Translations under genes and position numbers: made by a program
Assembly (NCBI GenBank): GCA_013153865.1
Contig: JAADDR010000063.1
Span: 1-56,229, forward strand
Origin: Chlorobiota bacterium
Lineage (GTDB): Bacteria; Bacteroidota; Bacteroidia; Bacteroidales; JAADGE01
Direction of reading: 5' to 3'
DNA length: 56,229 nt
Shown here: one piece after another, positions 29,164 to 37,704 of the stretch
Layout of the letters: every line of letters starts with the position of its first letter
Numbering within the stretch: the first letter of the stretch is position 1
Notes under the pieces: generated by a model
The model's database searches: none
The model's input: the letters and a program-made list of their open reading frames with translations, nothing else
What the model was told of the DNA's origin: nothing

Positions 29164-29712
29164 TTGACAAAAGAAAAATACATACTCGGCATTGATCCCG
29201 GAACGGCATTTACCGGATACGGAGTTATTAGAATTATCGGTAAAACACCGCAACTTGTTACTTTGGGATATATAGAACTCTCAAAAATAGAAAATCCTTA
29301 CGACCGTTTAAAACGAATTTACGAAAGAACAATTCAACTGATAGAAACTTACCCTGTTTCGGAATTTGCCGTTGAAGCACCTTTTTTCGGCAAAAACGTT
29401 CAATCAATGCTGAAACTCGGCAGAGCACAAGGGGTTGCCATAGCCGCAGCACTGTCGAAAGATTTGGATGTTTACGAATATTCGCCGCGTAAAATAAAAC
29501 TCGCCGTTACCGGAAACGGAAATGCCTCGAAAGAACAAGTTGCGGCATTTCTGCAAAATACTTTAAAACTTAAAGAAATTCCCGCAAAACTTGACGCCAC
29601 CGACGGACTTGCCGTTGCCGTATGTCATCATTATCAAAATAATTATTCGGTAAAAGGAGCGGCTAAAAGCTGGAAAGAATTTATCAATAAAAATCCCGGA
29701 CGGGTAAAATAA
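29164..29712 (+). CDS. ruvC: Crossover junction endodeoxyribonuclease RuvC
   Basis: The ORF has a TTG start. ILGIDPGTAFTGYGVI, FAVEAPFFGKNVQSMLKLGRAQGV and DATDGLAVAVCH are RuvC motifs. Confidence 0.9.
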   Translation: MTKEKYILGIDPGTAFTGYGVIRIIGKTPQLVTLGYIELSKIENPYDRLKRIYERTIQLIETYPVSEFAVEAPFFGKNVQSMLKLGRAQGVAIAAALSKDLDVYEYSPRKIKLAVTGNGNASKEQVAAFLQNTLKLKEIPAKLDATDGLAVAVCHHYQNNYSVKGAAKSWKEFINKNPGRVK

Positions 29713-29808
29713 AAATGCTTTTTTTTAAGTTATTGTTAAATAAAACTTATCAACTTGCTTTATTATTAATGATTTAATTATTAAATTTGTATTGTAAAAC
29801 ATTTTTTT

Positions 29809-29845
29809 GCCGGTTTGTTAAATACTTTTCAGTATTTTAACCGGC
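29809..29845 (+). terminator. Nested hairpin downstream of ruvC and upstream of the SPOR gene (terminator or regulatory structure)
   Basis: The outer stem joins gccggtt (29809-29815) and aaccggc (29839-29845). The inner stem joins aaatact (29820-29826) and agtattt (29831-29837), with loop tttc. It is followed by tgtatttta, only moderately U-rich. Confidence 0.45.
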
Positions 29846-29876
29846 TGTATTTTATTGATTATTAAAACCAAAAATT

Positions 29877-30899
29877 ATGAAAGTTGTCAAATTTTTTATT
29901 GCCGTATTTGCTTTGTTTTTATTCTCCGGGCATCTTGATGCTCAAAAAGTAACATATGCTCCGGCAAAGAGTTTGTTTAATGCCGAACAGACTAAAGTTT
30001 TAGAGAAAGCCGAAAAATATATAAACAAAGCCGATTCTAAAATCAGCAAAGCCGAAGCGATAGAGAAAAAATACGAAAAGAAGAAAAAAAAGAAGAAAAA
30101 ATATAATAAAAAAACATGGGAAGCCAAAAAATACAGAATTTTGGCAGAGAAAGATTATTTAAAGGCATATCAAGATGCATCGTCGGTATATTCGGAAATA
30201 ATTGTGGGAACAACCTATTACGACGAAGCTGATAAAACTGAGGCAAAAGCATTAAACGACGAAGCCGTTTCTTTAATAGAAGATGCCGACAAAAAAATGT
30301 CAAAATATAATAAAAAAACAGGTGATTCAAAATACCTTAAGAAACTTTCTTACTCAAGTTTAAACAGTGCTTTAAGCAGTGCAAGAACTCTTAAAGAAAG
30401 TGCTTATTCAAAACAAACGGAAGCTCTGGATATAGTTCTTAATCAAGGAAGAAAAAAAGAACAAGACGAAAAAGATAACAGAGCTTGGGCAACAGCTCAA
30501 AATATAAACACAATAGCGTCTTATCAAGATTATATAGACAATTTCCCCTCGGGAAAATATGTAAGCAGAGCTCGTCAAATGATAAGACAATTACAGGAAG
30601 AAGCAAAAAGAGCAAATACTCCGGTTAAATCCGATTATGTTTTTAAAGTTCAGATTGCGGCATCAAGAACACCCTTGCCGAATTATGAACTTGCCTCAAA
30701 ATATTCAAACACGTCGGAAATAGAAAAATCATATTCAGGCGGATATTATAAATATTGGGTAAAATCGTTTCCCGTTTATTCGCAAGCCGCGGCATTCAGA
30801 GACCAATTATTAAGTACAACTGTTCCGGATGCTTTTGTGGTGGTTTTCGATAAAGACGGTAACCAACTTGAAGTAACCGATGAGATGAAATCTCATTAA
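29877..30899 (+). CDS. SPOR (peptidoglycan-binding) domain protein with K-rich coiled-coil N-terminal region
   Basis: It has a signal peptide. The C-terminal ~75 aa YVFKVQIAASRTPLP...YYKYWVKSFPVYSQAAAFRDQLL...DAFVVVFDKDG fits the SPOR domain pattern. Confidence 0.7.
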   Translation: MKVVKFFIAVFALFLFSGHLDAQKVTYAPAKSLFNAEQTKVLEKAEKYINKADSKISKAEAIEKKYEKKKKKKKKYNKKTWEAKKYRILAEKDYLKAYQDASSVYSEIIVGTTYYDEADKTEAKALNDEAVSLIEDADKKMSKYNKKTGDSKYLKKLSYSSLNSALSSARTLKESAYSKQTEALDIVLNQGRKKEQDEKDNRAWATAQNINTIASYQDYIDNFPSGKYVSRARQMIRQLQEEAKRANTPVKSDYVFKVQIAASRTPLPNYELASKYSNTSEIEKSYSGGYYKYWVKSFPVYSQAAAFRDQLLSTTVPDAFVVVFDKDGNQLEVTDEMKSH

Positions 30900-30926
30900 T
30901 AATAATCCGACAAAAATATTTTTTGA

Positions 30927-30958
30927 GAGAGAAGATGCACTTGTGTCTTCTCTTTTTT
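30927..30958 (+). terminator. Rho-independent terminator after the SPOR gene
   Basis: agagaaga (30927-30934) pairs with tcttctct (30945-30952) across a 10-nt loop, followed by a T-run to 30958. Confidence 0.75.
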
Positions 30959-31021
30959 TGATTAAAAAAGTGTATTTTTGCCGAAATATTTAAAATTTAA
31001 AAAAATATCGCAAATCAACCT

Positions 31022-32269
31022 TTGGCAGAGCGTTTAAGACCGAGAACATTAGACGGTTATGTCGGACAGGAACATCTTGTCGGGAAAGGAAAAGTTTTGC
31101 GAAAAATAATAGAAACCGGCAATTTGCCGTCTTTTATTCTTTGGGGACCGCCGGGTGTCGGAAAAACAACTCTGGCAAAAATTATCGCAACAACTCTCGA
31201 ACGCCCGTTTTATACGCTGAGTGCCGTAAGTTCCGGAGTAAAAGACGTAAGAGAAGTAATAAAAAAAGCAAAAAGCAAAGCTTTTTTTTCAAATCCTTCT
31301 CCGATTTTATTTATCGACGAAATACATCGTTTCAGCAAATCGCAGCAAGACTCGTTGCTTGCCGCCGTCGAAGAAGGTGCGGTTACGCTGATAGGGGCAA
31401 CCACGGAAAATCCGTCTTTCGAAGTAATTTCTCCTTTGCTTTCGAGATGTCAGGTTTACGTGTTGAAACCTTTAAATGTTTCGGATTTAAGAAAATTAAC
31501 GGAGAATGCGATAAAAAACGATACCGAACTTAAAAAAAAGAATATAGATATTGCGGAAACCGATGCATTGTTTCTGCATTCCGGAGGTGATGCCAGAAAA
31601 CTTTACAATATTATAGAACTTGCGGTAAATTCTTTTGCGGATAACGAAAAAATAACAATAAACGATAAAATCGTTACGGACGTATTACAAAGCAAACAAG
31701 CCGTTTACGATAAAAACGGCGATATGCATTACGATATTATTTCGGCATTTATAAAATCCGTTCGCGGCAGCGATGCCGATGCGGCTGTATATTGGCTTGC
31801 AAGAATGATTGAAGGCGGAGAAGATCTTAAATTTATAGCACGCCGTTTGATAATACTTGCCGCCGAAGACATAGGTCTTGCAAATCCGAACGCTTTGCTT
31901 ATGGCAAACAGCTGTTTTAATGCCGTTAATATTGTCGGTTATCCCGAATCTCGCATTATATTGTCGGAAGCAACGATTTATTTGGCTAATTCTCCGAAAA
32001 GCAATTCGGCATACAAGGCAATAAACAAAGCACAAGAAACAGTCAGGAAAACCGGCAATTTGCCTGTTCCTTTGCATCTCAGAAACGCTCCGACCAAATT
32101 AATGAAAGAACTCGGATACGGAAAAGATTACAAATATCCGCATAATTACGAAAATAATTTTGTAACACAACAATATCTTCCCGAAGAACTTAAAAATATA
32201 ACCATATACGAAGCTCAAAACAATCCGGCGGAAGAAAAAATGAAACAACAAATAAAAAAACGCCGGTAA
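31022..32269 (+). CDS. rarA: Replication-associated recombination protein A (AAA+ ATPase RarA/MgsA)
   Basis: AERLRPRTLDGYVGQEHL, Walker A (GPPGVGKTT) and Walker B (LFIDEIHRF) are present. The C-terminal MgsA domain reads YDIISAFIKSVRGSDADAAVYWLARM. TTG is the first possible start after an in-frame stop at 30998. Confidence 0.92.
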   Translation: MAERLRPRTLDGYVGQEHLVGKGKVLRKIIETGNLPSFILWGPPGVGKTTLAKIIATTLERPFYTLSAVSSGVKDVREVIKKAKSKAFFSNPSPILFIDEIHRFSKSQQDSLLAAVEEGAVTLIGATTENPSFEVISPLLSRCQVYVLKPLNVSDLRKLTENAIKNDTELKKKNIDIAETDALFLHSGGDARKLYNIIELAVNSFADNEKITINDKIVTDVLQSKQAVYDKNGDMHYDIISAFIKSVRGSDADAAVYWLARMIEGGEDLKFIARRLIILAAEDIGLANPNALLMANSCFNAVNIVGYPESRIILSEATIYLANSPKSNSAYKAINKAQETVRKTGNLPVPLHLRNAPTKLMKELGYGKDYKYPHNYENNFVTQQYLPEELKNITIYEAQNNPAEEKMKQQIKKRR

Positions 32270-32299
32270 AAAAAATATTAATGACAAACTTTAAATATT

Positions 32300-33121
32300 A
32301 TGATTGAAAAAATTCCGAATATAAAACATATTAATGATAATAATTTTTTTTTACTTGCCGGACCCTGTGTAGTCGAAAGCGAAAAAAATGTTTTTGAAAT
32401 TGCCGAAAAATTGCTTGATATTACCGAAAAACTTAAAATACCGTATATTTTTAAAGCATCTTTTAAAAAAGCCAATCGTTCCAGAATAGATTCGTTTACG
32501 GGCATAGGCGACGAAAAAGCACTGAAAATTTTACGAAAAGTAAAAGAAAACCTGAAAATACCGACGGTTACCGACATACATTCTCCGGAAGATGCAAAAA
32601 AAACGGCAGATTTCGACATAGACGTTTTGCAAATTCCCGCATTTTTGTCGAGACAAACAGATTTGCTTGTTGCCGCCGCAAAAACAGGTAAATTCGTTAA
32701 TATAAAAAAAGGACAATTTATGTCGCCCGAATCGATGAAATTTGCCGCACAAAAAGTAAGCGAAAGCGGAAATACTAATATTATGCTTACCGACAGAGGA
32801 ACAATGTTCGGTTACGGCGATTTAATAGTTGATTTTCGTTCGGTTCCTATTATGCAAAAAACCGGATACCCTGTTATAGTTGACATAACACATTCGTTAC
32901 AGCAACCGAACCAAACAAGCGGTGTTACCGGCGGACAACCCGAGATGATAGAAACAATAGGTAAAGCGGCAATTGCTGCGGGGGCAGACGGTATCTTTAC
33001 GGAAACTCATCCTAATCCTGCGGAAGCAAAATCGGACGGAGCAAATATGCTGCGGTTGGATGCGGTTTACGAATTATTAAACAGACTGGTTAAAATAAGA
33101 AAGGTTATTAATACGTTTTAA
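32300..33121 (+). CDS. kdsA: 3-deoxy-8-phosphooctulonate (KDO-8-P) synthase
   Basis: FFLLAGPCVVES, YIFKASFKKANRS, LQIPAFLSRQTDL, DITHSLQ and ETHPNP are KdsA motifs. Length is 273 aa. Confidence 0.95.
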   Translation: MIEKIPNIKHINDNNFFLLAGPCVVESEKNVFEIAEKLLDITEKLKIPYIFKASFKKANRSRIDSFTGIGDEKALKILRKVKENLKIPTVTDIHSPEDAKKTADFDIDVLQIPAFLSRQTDLLVAAAKTGKFVNIKKGQFMSPESMKFAAQKVSESGNTNIMLTDRGTMFGYGDLIVDFRSVPIMQKTGYPVIVDITHSLQQPNQTSGVTGGQPEMIETIGKAAIAAGADGIFTETHPNPAEAKSDGANMLRLDAVYELLNRLVKIRKVINTF

Positions 33122-33125
33122 AATT

Positions 33126-33569
33126 ATGAAAAAAATATTAACCTTATTATTTGCGTTTTTATTTTCTGCTGTATCTTTTGCACAGACCGGAACTTTAAAA
33201 ATAAAAGTTTCCGGCATAAAAAGTCATAAAGGAAACATAAAAGCGGCTTTGTATAACGAAGAGGGAAAAGAGTCTTTTTTAAAAGATTTAAAAAACGTGT
33301 ATTCCAAAAAACAGACAGCCGTAACCGGCGATGAGGTAACAATAATATTTAAAAATTTGCCTTACGGCGTTTATGCCGTTTCTTTGTTTCAGGACGAAAA
33401 CAACAATAATATTTTGGACAGGGCAAAAATAGGATTTCCGATTGAACCTTACGGTGTTTCGGGAAATAAAAAAACATTCGGTCCGCCCCGGTTTGACGAT
33501 TGTAAATTTGAACTTAAAACGCCTTTGTTATATAAAAATATTATTCTCGGAAGTTTCGGCGGGAAATAA
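33126..33569 (+). CDS. DUF2141 domain secreted protein
   Basis: It is 147 aa with a signal peptide. GTLKIKVSGIKSHKGNIKAALYN... and GFPIEPYGVSGN fit the DUF2141 pattern. Confidence 0.7.
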   Translation: MKKILTLLFAFLFSAVSFAQTGTLKIKVSGIKSHKGNIKAALYNEEGKESFLKDLKNVYSKKQTAVTGDEVTIIFKNLPYGVYAVSLFQDENNNNILDRAKIGFPIEPYGVSGNKKTFGPPRFDDCKFELKTPLLYKNIILGSFGGK

Positions 33570-34362
33570 TTTTTGCGGAGCAATTTTCGTCAACTCTTTC
33601 TTCGTTCCAGCAATGCCATTCCGAATCGCCGAAATATCGTAAATCTTTTATTCTGCCGGTAATATCCGAAGATGCATATTGAATAATCGTATGATTTTCG
33701 GTTGCTTTTTCGAAAATGTCGAGATATTTGTTGTATTGCCCGTCAACAGAATCTTTGTAAATGATGTAATTACCGTTATTTTCGTCAATAAGTAAAGTAG
33801 TTATCTTTAATGTTTTTTCGGTTTCGGATTTAACGTCTTGTTCGATGTTAAGATATTTTAATACCGTATTGCTTGTATCGGGTTTGTTAATAAGCCAAAA
33901 ACCCGTCGATGAATCCGGGAAAAAGTATCCGTCGATTAAAAGCAGTTCGTTATAAACAGTATCGTTATCAATAAACAGAGATACGAACATCTTTGTTAAA
34001 ACCGAATCGCTTTCCGCAATTTCGAAATATTTTATGTCGTAAGTTTTTTCTTCGGAAAATATTTTTTTTGAAATAAGCCAAGTGTTATTATCCTGATATT
34101 CAAGCTCGTTTTGTGATAATGATTCGTATAAATCACCGTATGTTTTAAGAGAGTCTTCAAATAAAGTTTTCCACATTAAAACGGTATTTCTGGCAGCTTC
34201 GTAGTTACTTGCCGAATCTCCGGGTGCGGAAAAGTATGAAAGGTCGGGGCGAATGTTTTCGTATGCGGGTAAGTCCGGAGCGGGTTTATCGTCTTCGGCG
34301 CATGAAAAAATTACCGTAAGTAAAACAAACAGAATAAATATTTTCGGTTTAAGATGTTTCAT
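33541..34362 (-). CDS. Hypothetical lipoprotein
   Basis: It has a signal plus lipobox-like TVIFSCAEDD and is 273 aa. I recognise no family. It overlaps the convergent DUF2141 gene by 29 nt. Confidence 0.6.
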   Translation of the reverse strand: MKHLKPKIFILFVLLTVIFSCAEDDKPAPDLPAYENIRPDLSYFSAPGDSASNYEAARNTVLMWKTLFEDSLKTYGDLYESLSQNELEYQDNNTWLISKKIFSEEKTYDIKYFEIAESDSVLTKMFVSLFIDNDTVYNELLLIDGYFFPDSSTGFWLINKPDTSNTVLKYLNIEQDVKSETEKTLKITTLLIDENNGNYIIYKDSVDGQYNKYLDIFEKATENHTIIQYASSDITGRIKDLRYFGDSEWHCWNEERVDENCSAKIISRRNFRE

Positions 34363-34427
34363 TATCTTACAAAATTACAATTTTTTGTTTTAGAATGATG
34401 TAAATTTTTTATTTATTCGGCGGCAGC

Positions 34428-34458
34428 TTGATTTAAAACTTTAAATTTCGTAGCTTTG
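34428..34458 (+). promoter_or_regulatory. Candidate Bacteroidota promoter (-33 TTG / -7 TAnnTTTG) for the 124-aa coiled-coil gene
   Basis: TTG at 34428-34430 is separated by 20 nt from TAGCTTTG at 34451-34458. The ATG is at 34488. Confidence 0.45.
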
Positions 34459-34487
34459 TCTTAATTATAACGAAAATAAATTTAACC

Positions 34488-34862
34488 ATGGAAGACAAAG
34501 AACTTTTCTTTAAAGAAGCACAAATTATTTCCAAGGAATTGGAAAATAAAATTGAAAAAGCAAAACTTTACGCCGAAAAAAAACGCAAGGAACTTGAAGC
34601 CGAAATAAAAGCAATGGAAGAAAAAAAAGCGAGTTTCGACAGTGAACTCGAAAAGTTGAAAGAAATACCGGACGATAAGTTCGAAGCGGAAATGAAAGCG
34701 TTTAAAGAGAAATATAAAACAGATACGATTATTGATACTCTTGACCAAAAATTTACCGAGTTTGCCGAAAAAACCAAAAGTTTTTTAAGCGATTTGGGTA
34801 ATAAAGTTTCCGATTTTTATCACAAACAGGTTGATAAAAAAGACAAACCCGAAGATTTGTAA
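34488..34862 (+). CDS. Hypothetical K/E-rich coiled-coil protein
   Basis: The 124-aa ORF has its own promoter-like motif. It is strongly helical and charged, with no signal peptide. Low complexity makes the coding call less certain. Confidence 0.55.
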   Translation: MEDKELFFKEAQIISKELENKIEKAKLYAEKKRKELEAEIKAMEEKKASFDSELEKLKEIPDDKFEAEMKAFKEKYKTDTIIDTLDQKFTEFAEKTKSFLSDLGNKVSDFYHKQVDKKDKPEDL

Positions 34863-34935
34863 GGATATGATATTTTACGGTTAATTTTCTGCAATAATTA
34901 AAATTTTCGGGAAATACAAAAGTTGTAATTTGTTG

Positions 34936-35703
34936 TTAAAAATCGACATCTACGGTAACGGGGCAGTGGTCGGAGTGTTTTACTTCCGGAAGTATTGATG
35001 CCGCAATAATTTTATCTTCAAATTCTTTGCTTATCATGTGATAGTCGATACGCCAACCTTTGTTGTTGTTGCGGGCATTTGCGCGGTAACTCCACCATGT
35101 GTAATTGTGCGGTTCGTGATTAAATTTCCTGAAACTGTCAATAAATCCGTCATCGACGAATTTTTGAAACCACTGGCGTTCTTCGGGAAGAAAACCGGAT
35201 GTGTTTTGCTGTTTTTCGGGATTATGAATATCTATCCAAAGCCGGCAAATGTTGTAATCGCCGGAAATTATTAAATTCGGTCGTGTTTTTTGCAGTTTGT
35301 TAACGTAAGTTCTGAAATCTTCGAGCCACTGCATTTTAAATGCTTGTCTTTCGTCGCCGCTCGACCCCGAAGGGTGATATACGCTTACAACCGATACGTT
35401 GCCGAAGTCGGCTCTTAAAAAACGTCCTTCGTTGTCGTATTTTTTTATACCCATGCCGTATTCTATGTTATCCGGTTTTTCTTTGGTAAGTATTCCTACT
35501 CCGCTGTAACCTTTTTTTTGCGCCGAAAACCAGTAGGAATGATACCCGAGATATTCAAAAAGCAAAGAGTCGATTTGTTCGGGTTGTGCTTTGGTTTCCT
35601 GTATGCATAATATATCCGGATTTTCGTTTTTAAGCCATTCGGCAAATCCTTTTTTAAGTGCGGCTCTTATGCCGTTAACATTGTAAGAAATTATTTTTTT
35701 CAT
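34936..35703 (-). CDS. xth: Exodeoxyribonuclease III (AP endonuclease)
   Basis: IISYNVNGIRAA, DILCIQETK, GDYNI and HSDHCPV are ExoIII/EEP-family motifs. Length is 255 aa. Confidence 0.93.
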   Translation of the reverse strand: MKKIISYNVNGIRAALKKGFAEWLKNENPDILCIQETKAQPEQIDSLLFEYLGYHSYWFSAQKKGYSGVGILTKEKPDNIEYGMGIKKYDNEGRFLRADFGNVSVVSVYHPSGSSGDERQAFKMQWLEDFRTYVNKLQKTRPNLIISGDYNICRLWIDIHNPEKQQNTSGFLPEERQWFQKFVDDGFIDSFRKFNHEPHNYTWWSYRANARNNNKGWRIDYHMISKEFEDKIIAASILPEVKHSDHCPVTVDVDF

Positions 35704-35722
35704 GTTCGGGTAAGCGAAGTTT

Positions 35723-36250
35723 TTATTTGTTTATGTCGGTTAATCCGTCGGGCAGGTCAAATATAATTATTTTTTTTTCGATATTTATCGATTTAAGGAA
35801 CTTGTCGTTTACCGGTATTAATATTTCTTTGTTGTCGGGCGAATATACGGTAAGAATCGGGTTTGAGGGTATGTTAAGGTATGTTCCGGATTTTCCTATG
35901 AATTTTTCGTTGTCGAATACGTCAAAATTTTCGGGTATGAATATTTCGTTTTCGTAAGTTTTTTTTATGTTTTTTTTTTCGGTAAGGACTTTGCAACCCG
36001 TAAGTTTTTCGATGTCTTTGTCAGTATCTATATTGTCGAATTTAACGAGCATTCCGGATTTTTTGTATGCTTTGGGCGGATATGAAAAGAAAAACGGAAC
36101 TTTGTTTCCGTCTGTAATCAGGAAAATAAGCTCCGTTTTTTTCAGTTTGTCGAAACGTATCGAAAGTTTTACGACTGCTTCACCTTTGTAGCCGTGAGTT
36201 TTAATTATTTCACCGATTTCAACCAAATCAAGTTCGTCAATCGGTATCAT
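35723..36250 (-). CDS. rimM: 16S rRNA processing protein RimM
   Basis: I start the gene at the internal MIPIDELDLVEIGEIIKTHGYKGEAVVKL, the RimM N-terminal pattern, which lies 4 nt after the rpsP stop. A PRC-barrel-like C-terminus is present. The longer listed ORF (to 36397) only adds a poly-K frame that overlaps the rpsP tail. Confidence 0.85.
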   Translation of the reverse strand: MIPIDELDLVEIGEIIKTHGYKGEAVVKLSIRFDKLKKTELIFLITDGNKVPFFFSYPPKAYKKSGMLVKFDNIDTDKDIEKLTGCKVLTEKKNIKKTYENEIFIPENFDVFDNEKFIGKSGTYLNIPSNPILTVYSPDNKEILIPVNDKFLKSINIEKKIIIFDLPDGLTDINK

Positions 36251-36254
36251 AATT

Positions 36255-36836
36255 TCAGTCTTCTTTTTTTTCTTCCGTTTCTTCTTTTTTCTCTTCGGCT
36301 TCGGGTGCTTCCGCTTTTGCTTCTTCGTTTGCGTTTTCTTCGGCAACTTTTTCGTTTTCTTCTTTTGCTTCTTCTTCGGGTTGTTGCTTAGCGGCAATTT
36401 CCTCGGCTCTTGCTTTGTTGATTTCCTCTTCTATTTTCAAGCGTTTTTCTTTTTCCGCTTTTGATTCGGCTTTAAGTTTGTCTTTTTTCGCTTGAATTTT
36501 TTGCTCTTTGTCTTTCAACCAAGCATTAAATTTGTTTTCTGCTTCTTCTTCGGTCAAAGCACCTTTGGCAACGCCTTTCAAGAGGTGGTTTTTGTATAAA
36601 ACGCCTTTGTATGAAAGTATTGCGCGACAAGTGTCCGTAGGAATTGCTCCGTTTTGAAGCCATTTCAACGCCTTATCGAAATTTAGATCAATAGTGGCAG
36701 GATCGGTATTCGGGTTATACGAACCGATTCTTTCAATGTACCTACCGTCACGCGGTGCCCTGCTGTCTGCAGCAACAATGTAATAGAACGCTCTTCTTTT
36801 GCGTCCGTGTCTTGCTAGTCTGATCTTTACAGGCAT
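36255..36836 (-). CDS. rpsP: 30S ribosomal protein S16 with long K/E/A-rich C-terminal extension
   Basis: [42 protein letters not shown] is the S16 core. About 100 extra charged residues follow, an extension I recall as common in Bacteroidota. Confidence 0.93.
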   Translation of the reverse strand: MPVKIRLARHGRKRRAFYYIVAADSRAPRDGRYIERIGSYNPNTDPATIDLNFDKALKWLQNGAIPTDTCRAILSYKGVLYKNHLLKGVAKGALTEEEAENKFNAWLKDKEQKIQAKKDKLKAESKAEKEKRLKIEEEINKARAEEIAAKQQPEEEAKEENEKVAEENANEEAKAEAPEAEEKKEETEEKKED

Positions 36837-36870
36837 GTTAAATAAAATTTAGTTAGTTAAAAAATGACTG

Positions 36871-36901
36871 CAAATGTATGATTTTATTTTTTTTACGACA
36901 A
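36871..36901 (-). promoter_or_regulatory. Candidate Bacteroidota promoter for rpsP-rimM
   Basis: On the minus strand, TTG (36899-36901) is separated by 20 nt from TACATTTG (36871-36878). The rpsP ATG lies 35 nt downstream. Confidence 0.5.
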
Positions 36902-36974
36902 AATATTTTAAAAATATTTGATATTTGTATTTATTGCTTTTTTTTTGTTGTTTAATTTTTATGTTTTATGTCGA

Positions 36975-37700
36975 ATGATTGAAAAGACCGGAGGTATTTT
37001 GTTGCATCGTATAAAGTATTCCGATTCGCGGTTGATTTTAAAAATATTTACCGAGAAGTTCGGTTTGCGTTCGTATATGTTTTATTTGTCGAAAACGAAA
37101 AACAAGAAACACGAACAGAATATTCTTCAACCTTTGTATGTTTATGATTTGGAGGTTTACGACGGCGGCAAATGCAATATTTGCAAAATAAAAAACATTT
37201 CTTTGAAAGTTTTGTTTAAGTCTCTTCCTTTTGATATTTACAAGCAAAGTTTGTCGATGTTTTTGTCGGAATTTATTTTAAAAATATCCGCCGACAACGA
37301 GCCTGACGATATTTTATTTGATTTTATTTTCAATTCGGTAAAAGAATTGGACGAAATGCAAATATCCGTTGCCGATTTTCATTTGTTTTTTTTGTATCGT
37401 TTATCCGGGTATTTGGGTATTTTGCCTGAGAATAATTATTCCGATTCGCATAAAATATTTGATTTAAAAACCGGAAGATTTATTACCGGGCATCCGTCTC
37501 ATTCTTTTTTTTTAGACGAGAAAATGAGTTTTAATTTATATAAATTGGCTTGTTCGCAAAAATACGAAACATTAAGTCTTCGTCTTAATAAGAATGACAG
37601 AGCCTCTTTGCTTAATGCTTTGATTGATTTTTATAATTTACATCTCGGGCGTCCGGGCAAAATGAAATCTCCGGAAATATTAAAACAAGTTTTTTCGTGA
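36975..37700 (+). CDS. recO: DNA repair protein RecO
   Basis: The gene starts at MIEKTGGILLHRIKYSDSRLILKIFTEKFGLRSYMF, the RecO OB-fold N-terminus. The listed ORF start at 36918 only adds a hydrophobic leader that is unlikely to be real. Confidence 0.85.
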   Translation: MIEKTGGILLHRIKYSDSRLILKIFTEKFGLRSYMFYLSKTKNKKHEQNILQPLYVYDLEVYDGGKCNICKIKNISLKVLFKSLPFDIYKQSLSMFLSEFILKISADNEPDDILFDFIFNSVKELDEMQISVADFHLFFLYRLSGYLGILPENNYSDSHKIFDLKTGRFITGHPSHSFFLDEKMSFNLYKLACSQKYETLSLRLNKNDRASLLNALIDFYNLHLGRPGKMKSPEILKQVFS

Positions 37701-37704
37701 TTTT

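Noticed and set aside
30084-30114. A-runs (8, 6 and 7 nt) in the SPOR gene, and T-runs of 8 nt at 49487-49512 in the HD/effector gene, as phase-variation slippage tracts
   Set aside because: The runs encode poly-Lys linkers, are short, are interrupted by G or C, and are expected by chance in such AT-rich DNA. I see no evidence of frameshifted alternative ORFs.
36251-36397. N-terminal poly-lysine extension of the rimM ORF (listed ORF 35723..36397)
   Set aside because: The extension lies entirely inside the rpsP K/E-rich tail in another frame and is pure low-complexity K/R/P. The RimM-like sequence begins at the internal ATG at 36250, 4 nt after the rpsP stop.
36918-36974. Upstream extension of recO
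   Set aside because: The 19 extra residues (MIFVFIAFFLLFNFYVLCR) are hydrophobic translation of AT-rich sequence. The RecO homology pattern starts at MIEKTGG.
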